Below are positions 19,380-30,278 of a stretch of DNA of 46,502 nucleotides, piece by piece (positions within the stretch are counted from its first letter, which is position 1; each line of letters starts with the position of its first letter). Made by a program: the position numbers and the translations under genes. The stretch comes from an uncultured Woeseiaceae bacterium (GTDB taxonomy: Bacteria > Pseudomonadota > Gammaproteobacteria > Steroidobacterales > PWYM01). The notes below the pieces were generated by a model. That model did no database searches. It was not told the origin of the DNA and saw only the letters and a program-made list of their open reading frames with translations. The DNA lies in contig CAYLNP010000003.1 of the NCBI GenBank assembly GCA_964384925.1, positions 1-46,502 of the forward strand. The letters run 5' to 3'.

Positions 19380-22300
19380 TTATGGTCTGGCGCCGACCCC
19401 GTCGGTGCGCGGCGCGGACAGGCGCAACACCCTGCGGCTCCAGCGCGTGCTGTCATCGAGCAGCGTGTAGACGAAGGGTACGACCAGTAGCGAGACCAGC
19501 GTGGAGAAGGTCAGTCCGCCGATGATCGCCCGTGCCATCGGATAGTAGGGCGGACCGTCACCGCCGACCTGTGTGCCGCCCATTGCCAGCGGGGTAAGGC
19601 CCAGCACCGTGGTGGCGACGGTCATCAGAATCGGCCGCAGCCGATGGCGACCGCCTTCGATGATGGCCTCGAGTCTCGGCGCGCCTTCCCAACGCAGGCG
19701 GTTGATATGGTCGATCAGCACGATACCGTTGTTGACGACCACCCCGATCAGGATCAACACACCGATCCAGGCCATGAAGGAGAAAGTCGTCCCTGTCAGT
19801 GCGAAGAACCAGAGCACGCCGATCACCGAAAATACGATCGAGATCAGGATCGAAAGCGGAAAAAGCGTGGATTCGAACAGCGCCGCCATGATCAGGAAGA
19901 TCAGCACGATCGCCAGTGCGATGCTCTGCACCACCAGCTGCTGTGCCTCCTCGTTGCTTTCGAAACTGCGCCCATAGCTCCAGCCGTAGCCTGGGGGGTA
20001 TTCGAGCGCATTGAGCACCTGCGCCACCTTGGGGCGCATGTCGTCGAGGCTTGCCCCGGGACTCAGCGGGCCACTGATCGTGATTGCGGTACGACGGTTG
20101 TCGCGGCGGATCGTGCGTGCCCCGCGGGTGATCTCGAAATCGGCGATGCTGCCCAGGACCACGCGCTGACCGTCGGGCGTGTACAGGGGCAGGCGCTGCA
20201 GGTCCTCGATGGCTTGCCGGTCACTTTCCCTGTAGGCAAGGCGGATGGCCAGCTCGCCCTCTGCGCCACGGAATTCACGCAACTGGTCTCCGCGCATTGC
20301 CACACGGATCGCCTCACCGACCTGCTGCGGGGTAAGCATCATGCGGGCCGCGCGTTCAACATCGACACGTACCTGTATTTCCCGCTCACCCGAGGCGGCA
20401 TCGGTGCTCAGTCTGTCGAAGCCCTCGAGGCCCAGCAGCCGTCGACGCGCCTCCTCGGCTATGCCGGCCAGTACCTCGGTCGAGTCACCGGTGACGCGCA
20501 CGCTGAAGCCATCGCCGCCGGTCTGCTGATCGAACCGGAACGTGGGTGCGCCGATGATGATTTCGGGGAGGTTGTCCCGAATGAAGGCGACGATGGTCTC
20601 GGTCGGCACCTCGGCGCGGCTTTCCTCGACAAGCAGTATGGTGGACTCGGCGCGACCTTCCTCGTAGAAGCTGTAGACCGATTCGATCTCGAGGGCCTCG
20701 CGATGCTCGAGCAGAAACGATTCGACGCGTTCGACCGCCTCGCTGACGCGGCTAAGCGGATAGTTGCCATCGATGTTGTAGGGCAGAAACAGGCGCCGCG
20801 AGGGCTCCTCTGGCATGAAGTCGAACTTGACGAACTGCGGCGGCACCGTGAACCCGGTAACGATGATGATCAGGACTGCCAGCAGGGTCCACCAGCGATG
20901 ACCCAGGGTCCACGCCAGCAACCAGACGTATGCGTCCGTGACGGCACCCATCACGCGCTGATTGCGAAGTTTGGGAGGCGCCGCCACCCGGCTGGCCAGC
21001 ATCGGGATGAGCGTCTGGGCGATGACCAGAGAGGCGATCACAGCCACCGAGATCGTGATCGCCACGTGCGTCAGAAACACGAACATGTCGATGCGTTCGC
21101 CGAACATGATCGGCAGAAAGACCGCTACGGTCGTCGCCGTCCCGGCCATGACGGCGACACCCACCTCGCGGACGCCACGCAGGGTGGCCTCGAACGGATT
21201 CTTCGGGTCGAGTTGGCGATGACGAAAGATGCTTTCGGTGACGACTACGGAGTTGTCCACGAGCATGCCGATCGCAAGCATCAGGCCCATCATGCTCAGA
21301 ATGTTGAGGCTGATGTCGGCGAAGTACATGACGCCCAGCGTGACGAGCAGGGAGAAAGGCACGGCCAGTGTGACCACCAGTGTAGTGGTCCATTGTCGCA
21401 GGAACAGGTACAGGACGATGAACGCCAGCAGCGCGCCGATGCCGCCGGCGCGCAGCAGGTCGCCCAGGGATTGCCGCACGCTGCTCGCCTGATTGTCCAT
21501 CTCGTATACGCGGATACCCCGCATTTCAGGGTGCGTATCGATCAGAGCCAGTTCGGCGCCGACGCGATCGGCCACCTCGACGATGTTCGAGCCCGGGGTC
21601 CGAAAGACATTCAGGCCAATCGAGTAGTTGCCATCCAGCCGTCTGCCGTAGGTGCGTTCCGGGGCGCGCATCTCGATGGACGCGACATCATGCAGGCGCA
21701 GGTCATTGCCCGAAATGATCAGCTCGGAGATATCCTCCAGCGACTGGAACTCGCCACGCGGGCGCACCGAGAAACGCATCCCGTCGGCGCTGATGCGCCC
21801 GGCGCTGACGGAGAAGTTGCTGCGCTCCAGAAGATTGCGCAGTTCGTTGAGATCCACCCCGTGGGCTGCGACTCGGTCCGAATCGAGCAATATGCGAATT
21901 TCCTGGGCCTCCACCCCCTGCAGTTCGACACGCGAGACACCCTCGAGGCGCTCCAGCCGGCGCTTGAGTACCCGGTCGAGCATCTCGTAGGCATCGGAGA
22001 GGTCACGCTCGCCTGAGATTCTCAGCGTCAGCACCGGCTGATCCGAGGTGGAGCCTGTGAATATCTGCAGGCGCCGCAGATCGGCGGGCAGGCGGTCACG
22101 AATGCTCTCGACCTTCACGCGGGCGTCGATGCCGGTGGTGGTCATGTCCTGTTCCCAGCCCATGAAGATGCCAATCTGGGCACCGGACTCGTTGCTTGTC
22201 GAGGTCATCTGCTTGAGGTTGGGCAGTGTGGCCAGCACTTCCTCGACAGGGCGCGTGATGAGTCGCTCGACCTCCTCCGGCGTGGAGCCCTCATACGGGA

Positions 22301-22445
22301 TCATGATGAACATGCCTGGGAAGTCGATATCCGGAAAGCGCTCCAGCGGCAGCATCCGCGCGGCGATCAGGCCGATGACCGCCAGTGCGGTGAACAGCAT
22401 CATGCAGGCGACAGGCCTGCGCAGTGCGATTGCGGTGTGCTTCAT
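19380..22445 (-). CDS. RND efflux transporter permease subunit (AcrB/MdtC-like), second permease of the operon
   Basis: 1021 aa. The N-terminus has the canonical RND start (ALRRPVACMMLFTALAVIGLIAARMLPLERFPDIDFPGMFIMIPYEGSTPEEVE). 12-TM architecture with two large periplasmic loops. Its ATG overlaps the upstream permease stop (ATGA at 22442-22445). Confidence 0.92.
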   Translation of the reverse strand: MKHTAIALRRPVACMMLFTALAVIGLIAARMLPLERFPDIDFPGMFIMIPYEGSTPEEVERLITRPVEEVLATLPNLKQMTSTSNESGAQIGIFMGWEQDMTTTGIDARVKVESIRDRLPADLRRLQIFTGSTSDQPVLTLRISGERDLSDAYEMLDRVLKRRLERLEGVSRVELQGVEAQEIRILLDSDRVAAHGVDLNELRNLLERSNFSVSAGRISADGMRFSVRPRGEFQSLEDISELIISGNDLRLHDVASIEMRAPERTYGRRLDGNYSIGLNVFRTPGSNIVEVADRVGAELALIDTHPEMRGIRVYEMDNQASSVRQSLGDLLRAGGIGALLAFIVLYLFLRQWTTTLVVTLAVPFSLLVTLGVMYFADISLNILSMMGLMLAIGMLVDNSVVVTESIFRHRQLDPKNPFEATLRGVREVGVAVMAGTATTVAVFLPIMFGERIDMFVFLTHVAITISVAVIASLVIAQTLIPMLASRVAAPPKLRNQRVMGAVTDAYVWLLAWTLGHRWWTLLAVLIIIVTGFTVPPQFVKFDFMPEEPSRRLFLPYNIDGNYPLSRVSEAVERVESFLLEHREALEIESVYSFYEEGRAESTILLVEESRAEVPTETIVAFIRDNLPEIIIGAPTFRFDQQTGGDGFSVRVTGDSTEVLAGIAEEARRRLLGLEGFDRLSTDAASGEREIQVRVDVERAARMMLTPQQVGEAIRVAMRGDQLREFRGAEGELAIRLAYRESDRQAIEDLQRLPLYTPDGQRVVLGSIADFEITRGARTIRRDNRRTAITISGPLSPGASLDDMRPKVAQVLNALEYPPGYGWSYGRSFESNEEAQQLVVQSIALAIVLIFLIMAALFESTLFPLSILISIVFSVIGVLWFFALTGTTFSFMAWIGVLILIGVVVNNGIVLIDHINRLRWEGAPRLEAIIEGGRHRLRPILMTVATTVLGLTPLAMGGTQVGGDGPPYYPMARAIIGGLTFSTLVSLLVVPFVYTLLDDSTRWSRRVLRLSAPRTDGVGARP

Positions 22446-25400
22446 GACGCCTGGCCCTGCGGCAAGGGATGCGCGCCTTCAGAGGTCTGCCGGTCGGCGC
22501 TGAGCGCACGCCGATCCACGAGCGAGTAGACCACCGGTATCACGACCAGCGTCAGCACCGTGGAGGTCAGCAGGCCGCCGATCACCGTGATGGCCATGGG
22601 CGCCCGTACCTCGGCGCCTTCGCCGAAACCGATCGCCATCGGCAGCAGTCCCAGTATCGTGGTCAACGTGGTCATGAGAATGGGCCGCAGACGGATCTGA
22701 CCGGCATGCTGGATCGCCGCGAGCTTTTCCATGCCCTGGTCGCGCAGCTGGTTGATGAAGTCGACCAGCACGATCGCATTGTTGACGACGATACCGGCGA
22801 GCATGATGACGCCGATGAACGCCACGACGTTGAGTGTGGTGCCGGTCACGAACAGCGCCAGTACTGCGCCGACCAGTGCGAGCGGAATCGTGAACAGAAT
22901 GACGAATGGGTGGAGGAGGGACTCGAACTGCGAGGCCATCACCAGGTAGACGAGGAAAATCGCCATCACCAGCGTGAACTGCATCGAGGCGATGGCCTCG
23001 CGCATTTCCGCATTCTGACCGGTCACCTCCACGCTGACGCCAGCCGGCAGGACAAGCCCCGCGAGCATGCTTTCGACCTCGGCCACCGCGCTGCCAAGGT
23101 CGCCGTAGGCCAGGCGCGCTGAGACGACGGCCACGCGCGACTGGTCTACCCGGCGGATCTCGGCTGGTCCCGTGGCCACGCGAATGTCCGCAACCGCCTC
23201 GAGCGGAATCGGCCTGTCGGCCCCGGGATTGACCACCAGACCACGCAGTTCAGCCACCGAGGCGTCACGGTTGTCGACACTGCGAACGAGTACATCGATC
23301 TCCCGGTCACGCCAGGTATAGCGGGTCGCCACATCGCCGCGGACGCTGCTGACCAGGCGGTCGGCGATGTCGCGCACCATCAGGCCGAGGCGTGCAGCGC
23401 GCTCATGGTCGAAGATTATCTGAATCTCGGGGTTGCCGGTCTCCACGGTGGTGCGCACGTCGGCATAGCGGCTGGCGCCCGCGAGCTGAGCGCGCACGCG
23501 CTCCGCGACCTCGTTGATGCGCTCGAGCTCAAACCCGGTGATCTCTACTTCAAGCGGCGTGGCGAAGCTCAGCAGTTCCGGGCGCTGGAACTCGTATTGC
23601 ACGCCGGCGATCCGTTCGAATTCGGTACGCATGCTGTTCATGACGGCCTGCTCTGCGGCACGGCTGCCGGTGCGCAGCCGGATATTGACGCTGCCGGTGT
23701 GCTCGCCCGCATCCACCGGGTTGGCATCCAGCCGGTTGCCTGTGCCGGCCACCGAATAGCTCATCTCGACGTCAGGTTGCGCGGCCGCGATGCGCTGTAC
23801 GGTCTGTATGGCCCGGTCGGTCTGCGACAGTGGTGAACCCGGTTGCAACCGCAGTTCCACCGAGAATTCCCCCTGGGCGAATTGCGGGATCAGTTCGGTC
23901 CCCAGGCGAGGCACCAGCATCATCGAGGCAAAGAAAGTCACCGCTGCGACGATCAGTACCAACGCCCGGTGTGTCAGCGACCAGGCCAGCAATGGGCGAT
24001 ACAGGCGGGTGGCACCGGCCAGCAGCGCCTGGCAGGGCCAGACCAGGACTACGCTGGCGATACGGGCGAGCAGTCTGCCTGCGACGCGGACGGTGATTCG
24101 CAGCGCGCGCACGAGCGCCGCTACCCCGCGTGTCGCCCGCCCCGGGGCCAGCCCTTCATCGGCGTCGGCATAGCGGGGTCCGGACCGCAGCGCCGCCATC
24201 ATCGGGATCAGGGTCAACGCTACCAGCAGCGAGAATAACAGCGCAAAGGTGACGGTCAGTGCCTGATCGCGAAACAGCTGTCCCGCCACCCCGCTGATGA
24301 ACACCATTGGAAAGAACACTGCGATGGTCGTGAGTGTGGCGGCCGTCACCGCGCCTGCCACTTCGCTGGTGCCCCGTCGGGCCGCGCTGAGTACATCCTG
24401 GCCCTGCTCGCGATGGCGCACGACGTTTTCCAGTACCACGATGGAATTGTCCACCAGCAGACCGACGGCCAGGGCGATGCCACCCAGCGACATGATGTTG
24501 AGGGTGATGTCGGTGGCAAACATCAGCAGAAACGCACCGATGACCGATACGGGGATTGCGAGGCCAATGATGACCGTAGCGCGCAGGTTGCGCAGAAAGC
24601 CATAGAGCACCAGCACGGCGAGCAGTCCGCCGATGAATGCGGCCGTGCGCACCTGCTCGATGGCGGCAGTGATGAACAGCGACTGATCGTTGATGATCTC
24701 CAGGCCGAGGTTCTCCGGAAGCCCGGCGCGCAAAGTGTCGATGTGGCTGCGGATATTGCCTGCGATCCTGACCGTATTGGCGTCGCCTTCTCGATAGAGT
24801 CCGATCTCGATGCTCTCGGCGCCGTTGAGTCGAGTGATGGCCTCACGTTCGCGGAACCCCCGCTCGACCTGTGCCACGTCGCGCAGGAATACCGGCTGCC
24901 CGTTGCTGTTGGCCACGATGCTGTCGGCCATCTCCTGCACACTGCGAAACTCGTTGATGGTGCGGACCAGGTAGCGTTCCAGACCCTGCTCCAGGCGCCC
25001 GCCGGAGAGATTGACGTTCTCGGCCCGAATGCGCGAGGCCACCTGTTCGATACCCAGACCGAGTTGCGCCAGGCGGTCCTGGTCGACCAGGACCTGGATT
25101 TCCTCTTCCAGTCCACCGCTGACCTTGACGGCCGCAACGCCCTCGATGGACTCAAGCCCGGTGCGCAGCTCGTCGTCGGCGAGACGCCTGAGCTGGCGAA
25201 GGCGGTCGTTCTCGTCCGCAAAGTTCAGCGCCGCGGGGCGCGGGCGGTCACGTTGGCGTGCCGGACCTGGTGGCTGCTCTTCAGCATCAGCCTGCACCAG
25301 CGCCAGGCGCATGATGGGGTCGCTGCCCGGATCGAAGCGCAGCAGCTGTGGCCGCTGCGCCGTCAGCGGCAACACCAGCAGGTCGAGCTTCTCGCGCACC

Positions 25401-25720
25401 TCGACTGAGGCGATGTCCATGCCCGTGCCCCAGGCGAACTCGAGGGTGACATCCGACTGGCCCGCGCGTGACACCGAGCGCACCTTGCGCACACCTCGAA
25501 TCACGCCGACACCTTCCTCGATCGGCCGTGTAAGGAGTGTTTCGACCTCCTGCGGTGCGGCGCCGGTGAGTTCCGTGCGCACCGTCAGAGTCGGGTACGA
25601 CAGGTCCGGCAGCAGGGTCACATTCAGGCGCGCCAGTGCGACAAGCCCGAACACTACAATGGCAATGGTGAACATTGCGATCGTCACGCGCCGGTCGGTG
25701 GCAATGTCTACGAGCTTCAT
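22442..25720 (-). CDS. RND efflux transporter permease subunit (AcrB/MdtB-like), first permease of the operon
   Basis: 1092 aa. [52 protein letters not shown], with the same RND architecture. Confidence 0.92.
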   Translation of the reverse strand: MKLVDIATDRRVTIAMFTIAIVVFGLVALARLNVTLLPDLSYPTLTVRTELTGAAPQEVETLLTRPIEEGVGVIRGVRKVRSVSRAGQSDVTLEFAWGTGMDIASVEVREKLDLLVLPLTAQRPQLLRFDPGSDPIMRLALVQADAEEQPPGPARQRDRPRPAALNFADENDRLRQLRRLADDELRTGLESIEGVAAVKVSGGLEEEIQVLVDQDRLAQLGLGIEQVASRIRAENVNLSGGRLEQGLERYLVRTINEFRSVQEMADSIVANSNGQPVFLRDVAQVERGFREREAITRLNGAESIEIGLYREGDANTVRIAGNIRSHIDTLRAGLPENLGLEIINDQSLFITAAIEQVRTAAFIGGLLAVLVLYGFLRNLRATVIIGLAIPVSVIGAFLLMFATDITLNIMSLGGIALAVGLLVDNSIVVLENVVRHREQGQDVLSAARRGTSEVAGAVTAATLTTIAVFFPMVFISGVAGQLFRDQALTVTFALLFSLLVALTLIPMMAALRSGPRYADADEGLAPGRATRGVAALVRALRITVRVAGRLLARIASVVLVWPCQALLAGATRLYRPLLAWSLTHRALVLIVAAVTFFASMMLVPRLGTELIPQFAQGEFSVELRLQPGSPLSQTDRAIQTVQRIAAAQPDVEMSYSVAGTGNRLDANPVDAGEHTGSVNIRLRTGSRAAEQAVMNSMRTEFERIAGVQYEFQRPELLSFATPLEVEITGFELERINEVAERVRAQLAGASRYADVRTTVETGNPEIQIIFDHERAARLGLMVRDIADRLVSSVRGDVATRYTWRDREIDVLVRSVDNRDASVAELRGLVVNPGADRPIPLEAVADIRVATGPAEIRRVDQSRVAVVSARLAYGDLGSAVAEVESMLAGLVLPAGVSVEVTGQNAEMREAIASMQFTLVMAIFLVYLVMASQFESLLHPFVILFTIPLALVGAVLALFVTGTTLNVVAFIGVIMLAGIVVNNAIVLVDFINQLRDQGMEKLAAIQHAGQIRLRPILMTTLTTILGLLPMAIGFGEGAEVRAPMAITVIGGLLTSTVLTLVVIPVVYSLVDRRALSADRQTSEGAHPLPQGQAS

Positions 25721-25801
25721 TGTGAGCGCCCGCTTCGCGTCCAGCGCGTTGAAGGGATCCGGTGCGGAATAGGGCCGGTCAGCGTTGTTGCTGTGATCAT
25801 G

Positions 25802-26887
25802 TCAGCTGGCTTCGCCATCTTCGATGACCACGATTGCAGCACCGTCGCGCAGCGCATTGTGTCCGATGACCACCACCTGATCGCCGTCGCTCAGGCCGCT
25901 GATGACCTCGATGCGACCGTTGGCCGCGTGGCCGGTCGTGACCTGCTGCCGGCGGGCGACGCCGTTGCTGACGACGAATACAGAGTCGCCGCCGTCAGTG
26001 TCGAGCACCGCCACCCGGGGGATCAGCAGCGCATCATTGCGGTTTTCGTAAATGATGCTGAAGCGCCCGAACATCCCCGGCCGAAGCTGGTGCTCCGGAT
26101 CAGGGATCTCGACGGTCACTTTGAATGTGCCGCTGGCAGGATCGATCACCGGACTGATGCGTTGTACGCGGGCCGGCAGCCGCAAGCCTCCCAGGGCATC
26201 CACGCGAACCTCCGCGCGCTGGCCGGGGGCGAGGCGGGCGAATTCCCGCTCAGGCACATGCAGGTAGGCCAGCAGGGGCTCGCGGCTGGTGATACGAAAC
26301 GTCGGATCGCCTACGGCGATCGTATTGCCCGCGCGCACATGACGCTCGGCGATGACGCCGGCGATCGGGGCTCGAATCGTCGTGTATTCATACTCCAGCG
26401 CGCGACGCTCATAGATGGCCTGCATCGCGTCGAGTTCGAAGCGCAGCACCTCGTGAGCCTCGGCACTGATCAGGCCCCGGCGGTGCATTTCCACATTGCG
26501 TTCATGATCGCGGGCGAGGCGGCGCATGTTGGCCTCCGCCTCGCGCATCTCCAGGCGCAGGCGATCGCCGTCCAGCCGCGCCAGGACCTGGCCTGCGCGG
26601 ACCTCGTCGCCTTCTTCGGCCAGCAGCTCGACCAGCTCACCGGCGACCTTGGCGACCACGGTGGCCTCCTGGTCGACCTCGACGGCCGCGGTGCCCGTCC
26701 AGGTGGCGGTAACCATGCCGCGATCAGTGGGTGCGACTTCCACCGGCACCGGGGCCGGGGCAGTCTGCGCATCGTCGGTGTCGTTGGCCGTCCCCTGGCT
26801 GCAGCCGGCCAGCAGTGCGGCCAGCAGCAGGACGGCGAGGGACGGGGCGCGGGCAGTCGCGAAGGGTCGTGTCAGGTTCATGATCAT
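25802..26887 (-). CDS. RND efflux periplasmic adaptor (membrane fusion protein) lipoprotein
   Basis: Lipobox LLAGC after a signal peptide. Has the alpha-hairpin, lipoyl and beta-barrel pattern typical of the HlyD/MdtA family (VAKVAGELVELLAEEGDEVRAGQVLARLD...IRAPIAGVIAERHVRAGN). Confidence 0.9.
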   Translation of the reverse strand: MIMNLTRPFATARAPSLAVLLLAALLAGCSQGTANDTDDAQTAPAPVPVEVAPTDRGMVTATWTGTAAVEVDQEATVVAKVAGELVELLAEEGDEVRAGQVLARLDGDRLRLEMREAEANMRRLARDHERNVEMHRRGLISAEAHEVLRFELDAMQAIYERRALEYEYTTIRAPIAGVIAERHVRAGNTIAVGDPTFRITSREPLLAYLHVPEREFARLAPGQRAEVRVDALGGLRLPARVQRISPVIDPASGTFKVTVEIPDPEHQLRPGMFGRFSIIYENRNDALLIPRVAVLDTDGGDSVFVVSNGVARRQQVTTGHAANGRIEVISGLSDGDQVVVIGHNALRDGAAIVVIEDGEAS

Positions 26888-26944
26888 CGCCGTGGAAGGA
26901 CTAGTGTTGTAGTTAAGTATAACACCAACTCAAGGGTGTGCAAG

Positions 26945-26986
26945 CGAAACAAACAAAAGGGCCGGCAGCCTGTCGGGTGCCGGCCC
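26945..26986 (-). terminator. Rho-independent terminator downstream of prc
   Basis: On the minus strand: GGGCCGGCA-cccgacaggc-TGCCGGCCC (perfect 9-bp stem, 26959-26967/26978-26986), immediately followed by TTTTGTTTGTTTCG. Confidence 0.7.
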
Positions 26987-27015
26987 TGGCGCCGCGTGGC
27001 TCGCTGCAGGGAGCG

Positions 27016-29115
27016 CTAGTGCAGCGCAGCCGCCGCGCGTTCAAGTTCCTCAGCCGGCAGCGTCTTCAGACGCACCATGTCGGCCACAATCCCCGCCGCC
27101 TGGTCCAGGACGACGTCCGGTGCTTCGGCTTCGTTGAGTTCCTCGAGGTCCTCGAATTGCGGCAGTCCCCGCGCCTGTCGCCGGGCGTTCTCCCGGGTCA
27201 GCCGCGCCTGCTCGAGTTCATCGCGCTCCTGGCGCCGCAGCTCGAGGTTCAGAGAGACCTCCTCACGGTCGCGCATGTCGCGGAACGCGGCGATGTCCTG
27301 CAGCAGGAAATCGAAGTCCGGGTCCGTGGATGCCCTGCGTTCCTGATAGTGCGTCAGCAGCGAGATCGCCGGCGACGACAGGGAAGGACGACTGCGAAAC
27401 CGGGTTGGTGCGATCTGATCCCAGGGCAGGGCAGTGTCGCGGGCGCTTTCGCCGACCAGCGCATTGTCCACTGGCGAAGGCAGCAGGATGTCCGGCTCGA
27501 CACCGCGGTGCTGCGTACTGCCCCCCGTGACGCGATAGTACTTGCCGATCGTCAGTGTGAGCTGGCCGAAGCCTTCGCCCTGCATGAAGCGGTCCAGGCT
27601 GTAGAGATTCTGAACCGACCCTTTGCCAAAGGTCTGCTGCCCGATGACGATACCGCGACCGTAATCCTGGATCGCCGCGGCGAAAATCTCGGAGGCCGAC
27701 GCGGAGTAGCGATTGACCAGCACGGCCAGCGGGCCGTCATAGATGGGTGGGCCATTGAGATCATCGAGCACCTCGACCTGGCCGCGGCTGTTGCGCAGCT
27801 GCACCACCGGCCCTTGGTCGATGAACAGACCGGCCAGCGAGGTCGCCTCGGTGAGGTGGCCTCCGCCATTGCCCCGCAGGTCCATGATGATGCCGTCGAC
27901 GGCGGCCTCCTTGAGTTCCGCCACCAGGCGCTGCACGTCGCGTGTGGTGCTGGTGTAGTTTTCGTCACCGCTCGCGCGCGCGGCATAATCCTGGTAGAAG
28001 CTGGGGACCTGAATGACGCCGACACGAAGCTTCTGGTCCTCGACTTCGATGTCGCGGATCTCCTTGCTGGCCGCCTGGGCCTCGAGGCGAACCTTGTCAC
28101 GTACCAGTTCGACCACGGACTCCGTGCTGCCGGGTGGCGTGCCGGCCGGCAGTATCCGCAGGCGCACGGTGCTGCCGCCCGGGCCTCGAATCAGCTGCAC
28201 TACGTCATCGAGCCGCCAGCCGACGACGTCTTCGAAGCTACCATCCGCGCCCTGGGCAACCCCCGTGATGCGGTCGCGTGGCTTGAGTGTGCCGTCCCCT
28301 GCTGCAGGCCCCCCCGGAATGATGTCCATGACGATGACCAGGTCGTCTTCGATCTGGAGCGAGGCACCGATGCCGTCGTAGGACAGGCTCATCTGAATGC
28401 GGTATTCCTCAGAGTTTCGCGGCGACAGGTAGCTCGTGTGCGGGTCCATGGTCTGGGCGAAAGCATTCATGAACGATTCGAACACATCGTCGCTGTTGAC
28501 CTGGTCGAGTCGCGTGAGCATTCGCTGATAGCGCGTACGCAGCGTGTCGGCAGCGTCGTCCCATTCGCGCCCGGCGAGTACCAGCGAAAGGGCGTCGTTC
28601 TTGACGCGCTGGCGCCAGATTTCGTCGAGTTCGTGCCGGGTCGATGCCCATGGCAGTTCACTGCGATCGAAGCGGAAACTCTCGTCAGCGGTGAAATCCA
28701 TCGGCTCGTCGAGCAGTGATATGGCGTAGCGCAGGCGTTCGCGCGAGCGCTCGCGGTAGAGGGCAAACATGTCGAACACGGGTTCCAGATCTCCGGTTCG
28801 TACGCGATTGTCCAGTTCGAAGCGATATTGATTGAAGGTCGCGACATCCGAGCCGAGCAGGTAGAGACGCTGGCCATCAAGGCTGTCCAGATAGCGGTCC
28901 AGAATTGCGGAGGACAGCGCGTTGTCGACGCGGGCGCGCCGGTAATGAAATCGTTCCATGAACTCGGTCACCTTGCGGCTGACCTGACGATGACGGTCGC
29001 TGAGTTCGAGTTCGGACGCCTCGATCGTTCTGCTGGTGGCCGGGGGCGACCAGGCGTGGGCCGCCAGCAGCGCGATGAGCGCCAGGGCCGGGATGACGGG
29101 GTTTATACTCTTCAT
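27016..29115 (-). CDS. prc: carboxy-terminal processing (tail-specific) protease, S41 family
   Basis: 699 aa. Signal peptide, PDZ region, and S41 catalytic motif YSASASEIFAAAIQDYGRG with the downstream TxGKYYRxTGxSTQxxGVxPD. Confidence 0.9.
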   Translation of the reverse strand: MKSINPVIPALALIALLAAHAWSPPATSRTIEASELELSDRHRQVSRKVTEFMERFHYRRARVDNALSSAILDRYLDSLDGQRLYLLGSDVATFNQYRFELDNRVRTGDLEPVFDMFALYRERSRERLRYAISLLDEPMDFTADESFRFDRSELPWASTRHELDEIWRQRVKNDALSLVLAGREWDDAADTLRTRYQRMLTRLDQVNSDDVFESFMNAFAQTMDPHTSYLSPRNSEEYRIQMSLSYDGIGASLQIEDDLVIVMDIIPGGPAAGDGTLKPRDRITGVAQGADGSFEDVVGWRLDDVVQLIRGPGGSTVRLRILPAGTPPGSTESVVELVRDKVRLEAQAASKEIRDIEVEDQKLRVGVIQVPSFYQDYAARASGDENYTSTTRDVQRLVAELKEAAVDGIIMDLRGNGGGHLTEATSLAGLFIDQGPVVQLRNSRGQVEVLDDLNGPPIYDGPLAVLVNRYSASASEIFAAAIQDYGRGIVIGQQTFGKGSVQNLYSLDRFMQGEGFGQLTLTIGKYYRVTGGSTQHRGVEPDILLPSPVDNALVGESARDTALPWDQIAPTRFRSRPSLSSPAISLLTHYQERRASTDPDFDFLLQDIAAFRDMRDREEVSLNLELRRQERDELEQARLTRENARRQARGLPQFEDLEELNEAEAPDVVLDQAAGIVADMVRLKTLPAEELERAAAALH

Positions 29116-29268
29116 AGGCGAGATTCACTCGGTCTCGTATCGATGAGATCCGGCCCTGGGGACCGGCGTGACTACCCTGACCACGAACCCTAGGCTAGAC
29201 CGCTGCGAAGAGTCGATCAAGCGGGATATCCGTAAACTGGGAACGGCGCCACAGCGCTATGGAGGACC

Positions 29269-29556
29269 ATGCAACCGCTGAGCGTATTGATCGGGATCAT
29301 CCTGGGGTCCGCATTTTCCATCGCCCTGGGCCTCTCCGTGGTCCTGTTGCTGCTGTCCATTGCCGGGCAGGATTCGCCCCAGGTGGCCGCCGAGCGCGAA
29401 GGCCTGCTCGGAAGCATTGCCATATTCTGGGCTTTGACCGTAGTGGCCGCTGCCAGTTTCATTGCCCAGCTCAAGCTGCTGTGGTGGCGCTGGCCGGTGC
29501 AGGCGCTGATGTGGACGGCGCTGGCCGTCACGGGTATTTCGTACTGGCCCGACTGA
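29269..29556 (+). CDS. small hypothetical membrane protein (3 predicted TM segments)
   Basis: GGAGG lies 4 nt upstream of ATG 29269. The 95-aa hydrophobic product is MQPLSVLIGIILGSAFSIALGLSVVLLLLSIAG... Confidence 0.5.
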   Translation: MQPLSVLIGIILGSAFSIALGLSVVLLLLSIAGQDSPQVAAEREGLLGSIAIFWALTVVAAASFIAQLKLLWWRWPVQALMWTALAVTGISYWPD

Positions 29557-29600
29557 CATCAGCGCCACTGCGCGCGGGTGCCTGGGACGGCGCGGACGGC

Positions 29601-30068
29601 TCAGGCGAGCAGGCTGCGCAGCATCCAGGCGTTTTTCTCATGGATCTGCATGCGCTGTGTCAGCAGGTCGGCGGTCGGCTCATCGCGGGCTTCGTCGGCC
29701 GCCGGGAAAACGCTGCGTGCAGTGCGCGCGACCGCCTCCTGCCCTTCGACGAGTTGCCGAATCATGACGTCCGCCGACGGAATGCCGGTTTCCTCCGGAA
29801 TCGACGACAGTGCGGCGAACTGCTGGTAGGAGCCCGGGGCAGGCTCGCCAAGCGCGCGGATGCGTTCGGCAATTTCGTCCACTGCCGTGGCAAGCTCGGT
29901 GTACTGGGTCTCGAACAGCGTGTGCAGCGTCTGAAACATCGGACCGGTGACATTCCAGTGGAAGTTGTGGGTCTTCAGATAGAGCGTGTAGCTGTCGGCC
30001 AGCAGCCGGGACAATCCCGCGGCGATGTCTTTGCGCTGATCATTGGAAAGCCCGATATTGATGTCCAT
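29601..30068 (-). CDS. dps: Dps family DNA-binding ferritin-like protein
   Basis: [41 protein letters not shown]...[12 protein letters not shown] is the canonical Dps ferroxidase-centre region. Confidence 0.92.
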   Translation of the reverse strand: MDINIGLSNDQRKDIAAGLSRLLADSYTLYLKTHNFHWNVTGPMFQTLHTLFETQYTELATAVDEIAERIRALGEPAPGSYQQFAALSSIPEETGIPSADVMIRQLVEGQEAVARTARSVFPAADEARDEPTADLLTQRMQIHEKNAWMLRSLLA

Positions 30069-30146
30069 GTCCTGCTCCTTGGCAATGCTTCTGCCTTGTC
30101 CGAATTCTCTGGGAAACAGATTAACGGTGGGCGAGCTGCTTGGCCA

Positions 30147-30183
30147 ATGAATTGTTTGTGTCCAGACGATAGATAGGGCCTAT
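30147..30183. promoter_or_regulatory. candidate OxyR/LysR-type operator upstream of dps
   Basis: ATAG-atagggc-CTAT (ATAG-N7-CTAT) at 30169-30183, about 100 nt upstream of the dps ATG. A degenerate second half-site (ATGAATTGTTTGTGT, 30147-30161) lies 7 nt away. Pattern match only. Confidence 0.25.
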
Positions 30184-30278
30184 GAAGATGTGCACAGGCA
30201 CCAGGCCACCGACAGGCACGGCGTCACCGCGGAGTGCGGGTGTCGAGACGGTTGGACTGCGGGGCGCCGGCGCCGCGG

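Noticed and set aside
19644-22016. 790-aa ORF on the plus strand, the longest of several very long ORFs opposite annotated genes. Others are 26938-28719(+), 25793-27019(+), 34643-35872(+), 39921-41252(-), 4794-5759(-) and 8090-9532(-).
   Set aside because: Each lies antisense to, or out of frame with, a gene that has strong family signatures (RND permease, prc, MFP, AAA+, acyl-CoA dehydrogenase, recR/HIT, MAPEG/Sel1). Their products are Arg/Gly/His/Asp/Gln-rich low-complexity sequence. This is typical of shadow frames in GC-rich DNA, where stop codons are rare.
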